Both the position numbers and the translations under genes were made by a program. DNA of 64,000 nucleotides from Candidatus Omnitrophota bacterium (GTDB lineage: Bacteria > Omnitrophota > Omnitrophia > Omnitrophales > Aquincolibacteriaceae). A model generated the notes under the pieces. The model made no database searches. It was not told where the DNA came from and saw nothing but the letters and a program-made list of their open reading frames with translations. Positions 57,943 through 64,000 of the stretch are shown here, one piece after another (the first letter of the stretch is position 1; each line of letters opens with the position of its first letter). The DNA lies in NCBI GenBank assembly GCA_022705945.1, contig JAKJDL010000002.1, forward strand, positions 191,150 through 255,149, written 5' to 3'.

Positions 57943-59814
57943 ATGACAAAATGGATACAAAATATCAATTGTCCCGAGGACCTCAAAAAGGTCCCTCTTG
58001 AAAGTCTGCCTGAGGTTGCGGCGGAATACCGGCAATTTTTGATCGAGTCGATCGCAAAAACCGGAGGGCACCTGGGCGCGAGTCTTGGAACGCTCGAGCT
58101 TACGATAGCCCTCCACTATGTGCTCAATTCTCCCGAGGACAAGATCTGCTGGGATGTCGGGCACCAGGCTTATGTCCACAAAATGATCACGGGCCGCCGC
58201 GAACGGATGTCGACCATGAGGCAGGCGGGTGGTTTGAGCGGATTCCCGAGCCCGTGGGAAAGTTGTCACGATCCGTTCATTGTGGGGCATGCCGGCACGG
58301 CGATCTCCCAGGCTGTCGGGCTTGCTTGCGCACGTGATCTCAAAAGGGGACAGGAGAAGGTGGTTGCACTTGTGGGAGACGGTGCCATGACGGCGGGGCT
58401 TTCGTTTGAAGCCCTGAACCATGCCGGGCATCTCAAAAAGAGCATGCTGGTAATTCTCAATGACAACGAAATGTCGATCGCCAGGAACGTCGGAGCGATC
58501 AGCCGCTATCTTAATAAAGTTCTCACGAATCCCATTTATAACAGGGTTCGGGGTGAAGTCGAGCGGCAACTCCAGAAGTTCCCGAGGTTGCGGCGCCTCG
58601 CCAACATTTCCTTGGAAGGGATGAAGCATCTTTTCGTCCCGGGTGTTCTTTTTGAAGAGCTCGGCTACCGGTATTTCGGTCCGGTGGATGGACACAACGT
58701 GGTCCAGCTGGTAGGGATCCTGAAGGATGTGCTTGCGCTTAACAGCTGCTGCTTGCTGCATGTGATCACGAAAAAGGGTAAGGGATGTGAATTTGCGGAG
58801 CGGGATGAAGAAAAAGGACACGGGGTGGTGCCGTTTGATATTAAAACAGGCGAGAAGATCAAGGGAGCCCGGGAAGATGTCCCGCACGGGATCTCGTTCA
58901 CCCAGGCTTTTTCAGATGCCCTTCTGAAACTCGCACGTCGTGATCCCGCGGTTGTTGCGGTGACAGCGGCAATGCCGACGGGAACCGGCCTCCATGACTT
59001 TCAAAAGATATTTCCCGAAAGGTGTTTTGATGTGGGAATTGCGGAACAGCACGCAGTTACCTTTGCCGGTGCGATGGCAAAGCGGGGTCTGAAGCCCGTT
59101 GTCGCGGTGTATTCGACTTTCATGCAGCGTTCTCATGATTCCGTGATGCATGATGTCGCTCTCCAGCGGACCGGAGTGGTGCTTGCCCTTGATCGGGCGG
59201 GTCTTGTCGGAGCGGATGGAGCGACCCATCAAGGGATTTTTGATATTGCTTATTTGGGGTCGGTACCGGGAATCATTCTTGGGGCTCCGAAGGATGAATT
59301 TGAAATGGAAAAGATGCTTGAGCTGGGCCTTGAATCTTCTGTGCCGTTCGCGATCCGATATCCGCGCGCGCACATTTCAAAGCTCTTTGACGAACTCCCC
59401 AAGAAATCTTTTCAGACAGGGGAAGGGGAGGTGATGTTCGACGGGAGCGATGTGACGCTTCTTGCTATCGGCAGTATGGTGGAGGCCGCCTGCAAGGCGC
59501 ATACTTTGCTGAAAGACAAAGGGGTTTCGGTTCGCGTCGTGAACATGCGCTTTATAAAACCTCTTGATGAGATTTTGATCCTGGAATCCATCGAGAAAAC
59601 CAAAATGATTTTTACGCTTGAAGAACATGTCATAACGGGCGGATTCGGTTCCAAGGTTTTGGAATTTTTGGAAGAGCGGCGGCTCGGCCAGATTCTTGTA
59701 AGACGGCTCGCGCTTCCGGACGAATTTATCGAGCACGGTTCTCGCGAGACACAGCTTGATCATTTCGGCCTTTCTCCGGAAAAAATAGCCGCGTCGATAA
59801 TGAAGGAACTCTAG
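57943..59814 (+). CDS. dxs: 1-deoxy-D-xylulose-5-phosphate synthase
   Basis: TPP-binding GDGAMTAG, transketolase-like domains; 623 aa. Confidence 0.95.
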   Translation: MTKWIQNINCPEDLKKVPLESLPEVAAEYRQFLIESIAKTGGHLGASLGTLELTIALHYVLNSPEDKICWDVGHQAYVHKMITGRRERMSTMRQAGGLSGFPSPWESCHDPFIVGHAGTAISQAVGLACARDLKRGQEKVVALVGDGAMTAGLSFEALNHAGHLKKSMLVILNDNEMSIARNVGAISRYLNKVLTNPIYNRVRGEVERQLQKFPRLRRLANISLEGMKHLFVPGVLFEELGYRYFGPVDGHNVVQLVGILKDVLALNSCCLLHVITKKGKGCEFAERDEEKGHGVVPFDIKTGEKIKGAREDVPHGISFTQAFSDALLKLARRDPAVVAVTAAMPTGTGLHDFQKIFPERCFDVGIAEQHAVTFAGAMAKRGLKPVVAVYSTFMQRSHDSVMHDVALQRTGVVLALDRAGLVGADGATHQGIFDIAYLGSVPGIILGAPKDEFEMEKMLELGLESSVPFAIRYPRAHISKLFDELPKKSFQTGEGEVMFDGSDVTLLAIGSMVEAACKAHTLLKDKGVSVRVVNMRFIKPLDEILILESIEKTKMIFTLEEHVITGGFGSKVLEFLEERRLGQILVRRLALPDEFIEHGSRETQLDHFGLSPEKIAASIMKEL

Positions 59815-59894
59815 CTTTAAAAAACAAACCTCAGGATCATGCTCTGATCGCGTGATCTTGCGGCCGAGGTTATCCCATACTAAAGGAGCGAGAC

Positions 59895-60158
59895 ATGGAA
59901 GAGAACGAGCATCCCAACGAAGGCGCCGGGGGCGCGACGGGCGAGACAAAAGAAGCGCGTTTTAAAAGACTTGCCGAGCAAAGGGTGGCTGCGACGCTCG
60001 ACAAGATTCGACTGATCGGGAATTTGGCGACTTCGCAATATTCCTATAACGGCGACCAGGTGGCGAAAATCTTCGCGGCCCTGAAAGAAGCGATCTCTGA
60101 TGTCGAAGATAAGTTTCAGCGCACGCTTGAGCGGAAAAGGGAAAAGTTTCATTTGTGA
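59895..60158 (+). CDS. hypothetical small protein (87 aa)
   Basis: ORF with an AAAGGAGCGAGAC RBS; charged helical sequence with no family match. Confidence 0.4.
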   Translation: MEENEHPNEGAGGATGETKEARFKRLAEQRVAATLDKIRLIGNLATSQYSYNGDQVAKIFAALKEAISDVEDKFQRTLERKREKFHL

Positions 60159-60354
60159 TTTTGGAACAGCCCCGGATGAGAAGGATTATCGAAAAATCCA
60201 TGAATGAGGTCATCGCCCCGGAGGCGTCCCGGAGGTCGGTAATGGTGGACAGGGCTACTTGCGGGCATAGAATGATGGCCGGGGTTTTGGTTTTCACACA
60301 GTTTACTCAATAAAGAAAGCCCGAGCCTGAGTTTTGAAGTTTTGGAATTTTCCC

Positions 60355-60386
60355 GATGATCTTCCGGCTGTGGCCGGGGGATCATC
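60355..60386 (+). promoter_or_regulatory. 14-bp stem hairpin (GATGATCTTCCGGC-tgtg-GCCGGGGGATCATC) 18 nt upstream of a small ORF
   Basis: Perfect Watson-Crick stem except two G-U wobble pairs; no downstream U-tract, so probably not a terminator. Confidence 0.4.
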
Positions 60387-60404
60387 AAACGAAAGGAGCG
60401 GATT

Positions 60405-60596
60405 ATGGGAGAACAAAAAGAAAAGAAATCAGGATCCTGCGGATGCGGAGCCTTGATCGGCGCTCTCGTGATAGTTTTTGCATGGTGGCAAGTGAGTTGG
60501 GGAACAATCGCATTAACTGTTCTCGGCGGCGTGATTATTCTCAAGGAGCTTTCAGGCATTTGCTGTTGCAGGAAAGACAAGGCTTGTAAAAGCTAG
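60405..60596 (+). CDS. hypothetical Cys-rich small membrane protein (63 aa)
   Basis: AAGGAG SD 6 nt upstream; GSCGCG...(two TM-like stretches)...GICCCRKDKACKS. Confidence 0.5.
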   Translation: MGEQKEKKSGSCGCGALIGALVIVFAWWQVSWGTIALTVLGGVIILKELSGICCCRKDKACKS

Positions 60597-60679
60597 AGAA
60601 TGGTTGCGACAGAGTTTTGATGGCTTGAATGAAAGCACAGAGAATCCTTTAAAAAGAACGGGCTTTCTGTCCGGAAATT

Positions 60680-61531
60680 TTGGGAGTCCCAGTTATGAAA
60701 AAGGTCGGGATCGTAGTAAATCAGAAAAAACAAGGAGCCGTGGAACTCACGGCTAAAATCCGCACATGGCTTGAAAAACGGGATGTTGTTGTCACGGACA
60801 CGCTGAGTCAGCCGATCGGGCAAATGATCGAGAGTGCGGATTTTCTGATCTCGCTTGGCGGAGACGGCACGATGCTTTCGATCGTCAGCCATCTTCGGCA
60901 CCGCTCCGTGCCCGTTCTCGGAGTAAATCTCGGGAGTCTCGGGTTTTTGACGGAGGTCAAACAGGCCGAGGTGTTCGAAGAGCTCGCGGCTTTTTTTCAA
61001 AAGCCCGAGATCGAAGACAGGTTGATGATTTCCTGCGTGGCGTGGAGCAAGACACGCAAAGTGGAACGCCGGTTCCTTGCCCTGAACGATATTGTCATCG
61101 GTCGGGAAGGGCTTGCCCGGATCCTCCGGCTTGACGTTTTTGTCTCCGGTGAAAAATTGACAAGCTTTCGGGGTGACGGAGTCATTATCGCGACGCCGAC
61201 CGGATCGACCGCCTATTCGCTTTCCGCCGACGGTGCTGTTGTGCATCCCAAACTGGAAGCGCTCATCGTTACCCCTATCTGCCCGCACGCACTTAGTCTC
61301 CGATCCCTTGTGATCGGTGCGGACGAGAAAATTATTGTCCAGGTGCGGACGGAAGATCCTTCAGAAAAAGCTCTTTTGACTGCGGACGGTCAAGAAAAGG
61401 TTGAAATCGACGATAGTTATACCGTCGAAGTGGGCCGGTCCAGCGCTCCTTTCAAGCTGATTAAAAGCACGAAGCGGAGCTATCTCGAGACGCTCCGGGA
61501 AAATTTCAAGCTTCCGGATTCCGAGAAATAA
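60680..61531 (+). CDS. nadK: NAD kinase
   Basis: GGDGT motif (ISLGGDGTMLS), NLGSLGFLTE, NDIVI. Confidence 0.9.
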   Translation: MGVPVMKKVGIVVNQKKQGAVELTAKIRTWLEKRDVVVTDTLSQPIGQMIESADFLISLGGDGTMLSIVSHLRHRSVPVLGVNLGSLGFLTEVKQAEVFEELAAFFQKPEIEDRLMISCVAWSKTRKVERRFLALNDIVIGREGLARILRLDVFVSGEKLTSFRGDGVIIATPTGSTAYSLSADGAVVHPKLEALIVTPICPHALSLRSLVIGADEKIIVQVRTEDPSEKALLTADGQEKVEIDDSYTVEVGRSSAPFKLIKSTKRSYLETLRENFKLPDSEK

Positions 61532-61556
61532 GGCCCCCGGCAGGGAGGGCGGCGCC

Positions 61557-61925
61557 ATCGTCAGGATACTCATTGTCGATGATGAAAAAGCGATTTGCGA
61601 GGAATTCCTCGAAACTTTGGGACAAGAGGGGTTTGAGGTCGAATACGCGAATTCCGGGGAAGACGGTCTTAAGAAAATCAACGAACAGGACTATCAGATC
61701 GTTTTTCTCGATGAAAGCATGCCTCGGATGACGGGGGGCCAGGCTTTTAAAAAGATACGGAAGTTTAGCCGGGTGCCTGTTGCCTTTATTTCCGGCTTTA
61801 TTACACCCGAAAAAAAACGGCAGGTCATGGCCATGGGGGCCGTCTCATGTCTCGAGAAGCCATTGGACCTTGCCCGGGTCAAATCTCTCATCCATACTGT
61901 GGCACAACGCAATTTTCAGAACTGA
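61557..61925 (+). CDS. response regulator, stand-alone receiver domain; no canonical start codon (putative AUC or other non-AUG start)
   Basis: (I)VRILIVDDEKAI...phospho-Asp (IVFLDESMP), conserved Lys. There is no ATG, GTG or TTG between the upstream in-frame stop (61458) and the conserved N-terminus; AGGGAGGG SD 7 nt before ATC 61557. Confidence 0.7.
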   Translation: MVRILIVDDEKAICEEFLETLGQEGFEVEYANSGEDGLKKINEQDYQIVFLDESMPRMTGGQAFKKIRKFSRVPVAFISGFITPEKKRQVMAMGAVSCLEKPLDLARVKSLIHTVAQRNFQN

Positions 61926-61941
61926 TAGGGAATAGCTCCGG

Positions 61942-63243
61942 ATGTCCAATTCATCTGCAATCCGTGTCCGTTTTGCCCCTTCCCCGACGGGTTATCTCCA
62001 TATCGGAGGGGTCCGGACAGCTCTCTTCAATTATCTTTATGCCCGTCAGCAGGGAGGCAAATTCCTTCTCCGTATCGAAGACACGGATCGTGTGCGGTCT
62101 ACCCCCGAATTTGAACAGGAGATTCTGGAGTCGCTTAAATGGTTGGGGCTTGAATGGGATGAAAAAATCGAACACCAAAGCGCGAGGATCGACCGTTATC
62201 GGGAAGTCGCTAAAGAGTTGGTTGATAAAGGGCTTGCCTATGAACAGGGGGACTCGGGCAAAGTGGCGCTCACCTTCAGAATCCCCAAAACCAAAGTCAC
62301 CTTTACCGATCTTGTGCACGGGGATGTTACCTACGATTCCAATGAATTTGACGATCTCGTGATCATGAAATCCGACGGTTTCCCGACATTTCATTTGGCA
62401 GTGGTGGTGGATGATCACGACATGGGCATCACGCATATCGTCCGGGGGGATGATCATCTTCCCAACACGCCGCGGCATATCCTTCTTTATCAGGCGCTCG
62501 GCTGGAGGCCGCCGAAATACGCGCACCTTCCTCTGATTATGGGCGCGGACGGCACACCTCTTTCCAAGCGTCACGGCGCTGTAGCGGTCAGTGCGTACCG
62601 CAGCGAAGGTTATCTCCCGGAAGGTCTTCTGAATTATCTCGCGCTTCTCGGCTGGAATCCGGGGACGAACCAGGAAATATTGAAGATGCCGGAGCTTATC
62701 AAACAGTTCGGTTTCAGGCGTGTGGTTAAATCAAATGCCCAGTTTGATCCCGAGAAGCTCCGCTGGCTGAATGGACAGCATATACGGATGCTCGCCGGCG
62801 AGGATTATGAAAAACGGATCACGGATTTCTGGAAAACGAAAGGTCCGCTTCCGGATAAAGACAGATGGCGGAAGCTGATCACGCTTTACCGCCCCCGCAT
62901 CGAAACTTTCGGGAAGCTTATGGACCAGGCATCTTATTGTTTCAATGAACCTGAATATAAGGATGCCGCCATGCTTCAAGAGATCAAATCGAATCAGACC
63001 TCGATCGGTCTTCTGCGGCAGCTGTTCGAGATTCTCCGGGACATGGGGGATTTTGAGGATGTCCACCTTTTGGATCAAAAGACAAGACAGGTTGTTGAGA
63101 CTGCCGGTCTCAAGCCCAAAGATATCATTCATCCGCTGCGGTTTGTTCTGACGGGCGGCACCGCGAGTCCCGGCATTTTCGACCTCATGAGCCTTCTCGG
63201 CAAAGACGCTTGCCTCAAGCGCCTCTCGGCCTTCATCACGTGA
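61942..63243 (+). CDS. gltX: glutamate--tRNA ligase
   Basis: HIGH (PSPTGYLHIGG) and KMSKS-like (PLSKRHG) motifs. Confidence 0.9.
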   Translation: MSNSSAIRVRFAPSPTGYLHIGGVRTALFNYLYARQQGGKFLLRIEDTDRVRSTPEFEQEILESLKWLGLEWDEKIEHQSARIDRYREVAKELVDKGLAYEQGDSGKVALTFRIPKTKVTFTDLVHGDVTYDSNEFDDLVIMKSDGFPTFHLAVVVDDHDMGITHIVRGDDHLPNTPRHILLYQALGWRPPKYAHLPLIMGADGTPLSKRHGAVAVSAYRSEGYLPEGLLNYLALLGWNPGTNQEILKMPELIKQFGFRRVVKSNAQFDPEKLRWLNGQHIRMLAGEDYEKRITDFWKTKGPLPDKDRWRKLITLYRPRIETFGKLMDQASYCFNEPEYKDAAMLQEIKSNQTSIGLLRQLFEILRDMGDFEDVHLLDQKTRQVVETAGLKPKDIIHPLRFVLTGGTASPGIFDLMSLLGKDACLKRLSAFIT

Positions 63244-63281
63244 TGCTCATTCCGGACCTGATGTGGAATTTAGCTAAAATC

Positions 63282-63290
63282 TGATATAAT
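63282..63290 (+). promoter_or_regulatory. extended -10 promoter TGaTATAATCCC for leaderless glnS
   Basis: TATAAT ends 7 nt before ATG 63298; no SD. Confidence 0.45.
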
Positions 63291-63297
63291 CCCGCCC

Positions 63298-64000
63298 ATG
63301 GAACCCGAAAAAAAAGCCTCCAATTTTATCCGCGATATTGTGGATAGGGATATTGCGAGCGATAAGCATGGCGGTCGTGTTCATACGCGTTTTCCGCCCG
63401 AGCCGAACGGCTACCTTCATATCGGTCATGCGAAAGCTATCTGCATTTCTTTTGGAATCGCACGCGACTACAAAGGGCTGTGCAATCTCCGTTTTGACGA
63501 CACGAATCCCGAGAAAGAAGAAGTCGAATACGTCGATTCCATCCGTGAAGACGTCCGCTGGCTTGGCTTCGACTGGGGGAATCGGGAATTTTACGCATCG
63601 GATTATTTCGATCAGCTCTATCAGCACGCCCTCGCGCTTATCAAAAAAGGGAAGGCCTACGTCTGCGATCTGAGCGCCGATGAACAGCGCGATTACCGCG
63701 GAACTTTGACGCAGCCCGGCAAGAATAGTCCCTGCCGCGAACGGACGGTCGAAGAAAATCTGGATCTTTTCGAACGGATGCGCCAGGGGGAGTTCCCGGA
63801 CGGCACGCGTGTCCTGCGCGCCAAGATCGATATGGCCTCGCCGAACATGAATATGCGCGACCCTACGATGTATCGGATCAAAAAAACGTCGCATCACCGC
63901 ACGGGCGACAAATGGTGCATCTACCCGATGTATGATTTCACGCACTGTATTTCGGATTCGATCGAGGGGATCACGCATTCACTCTGCACGCTCGAGTTCG
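63298..64000 (+). CDS. glnS: glutamine--tRNA ligase (5' part, runs off the window end)
   Basis: [40 protein letters not shown] (GlnRS HIGH region); not in the ORF track because no stop falls inside the window. Confidence 0.85.
   Translation, partial: MEPEKKASNFIRDIVDRDIASDKHGGRVHTRFPPEPNGYLHIGHAKAICISFGIARDYKGLCNLRFDDTNPEKEEVEYVDSIREDVRWLGFDWGNREFYASDYFDQLYQHALALIKKGKAYVCDLSADEQRDYRGTLTQPGKNSPCRERTVEENLDLFERMRQGEFPDGTRVLRAKIDMASPNMNMRDPTMYRIKKTSHHRTGDKWCIYPMYDFTHCISDSIEGITHSLCTLEF

Noticed and set aside
60356-60589. 77-aa ORF overlapping the Cys-rich micro-protein in another frame
   Set aside because: Arg-rich and hydrophilic, no RBS, and it starts inside the hairpin. The 60405 frame has an SD and a membrane-protein-like profile.
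63274-63978. 234-aa minus-strand ORF at the window end
   Set aside because: The + strand here encodes the unmistakable GlnRS HIGH region, so the minus ORF is its antisense shadow.
1-64000. CRISPR arrays, transposases/integrases, rRNA operons, prophage genes
   Set aside because: Looked for regularly spaced direct repeats, DDE/tyrosine-recombinase motifs and rRNA-like conserved stretches; none found. The only repeat family is the four-copy intergenic element at 12.1-14.3 kb, which lacks CRISPR-like regular spacing.

Overview
This is a 64 kb chromosomal window from a GC-rich bacterium (about 55-58% GC, with AT-rich intergenic spacers). It is densely coding and almost all genes are on the + strand. 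The second half (28.2-64.0 kb) is ordinary housekeeping: rpsU, hisS, aspS, phoH-pgpH(7TM-HD)-ybeY-recO, an LL-DAP-type aminotransferase, folK, panC, panD, L-aspartate dehydrogenase, uvrA, cutA, comEA, glyQ/glyS, ppdK, a sigma-70 factor, apt, tRNA-Arg, xseA/xseB-ispA-dxs, nadK, gltX and the 5' part of glnS. The first 19 kb is the accessory-looking part. (i) An operon of lipid enzymes: a PlsC-like acyltransferase, an SRPBCC (START-like) domain fused to a cyanobacterial-type acyl-ACP reductase (AAR) homolog, and an about 886 aa fusion of an extended-SDR/3beta-HSD-like NAD(P) reductase to a large C-terminal domain carrying an HxxxDG acyltransferase-like motif. This is a candidate fatty aldehyde/alcohol/wax-ester-type pathway not described in this form. 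(ii) Two paralogous 7TM-GAF histidine kinases, each followed by a stand-alone receiver, bracket a lower-GC insert encoding a second PlsC-like acyltransferase translationally coupled to a HAD-IB phosphatase. (iii) Four copies of a roughly 60-100 bp intergenic repeat (core AGCTCAYAGCCAAGAAYCYTCGG...TTTTTGATTTTGCTATA...) sit at the 3' ends of four consecutive genes, next to a 20-bp hairpin. (iv) An envelope module: rfbC, YggU (DUF167), an MMPL/RND exporter, a DUF11-repeat lipoprotein, a 59-aa PLDc_N micro-protein, and tRNA-Thr and tRNA-Tyr. The window also contains a REC-PAS-degenerate GGDEF-EAL protein, a coupled operon ending in glgC, lptF/G and comF on the minus strand, several apparently leaderless genes with a recurring TGnTATAATCCC -10 motif placed 6-8 nt from the ATG, and a receiver-domain gene with no canonical start codon. 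No transposase, integrase, CRISPR array or rRNA was found. Three short CDSs (rpsU, the PLDc_N micro-protein, and the 3'-truncated glnS) are absent from the supplied ORF track and were found by reading the sequence directly.
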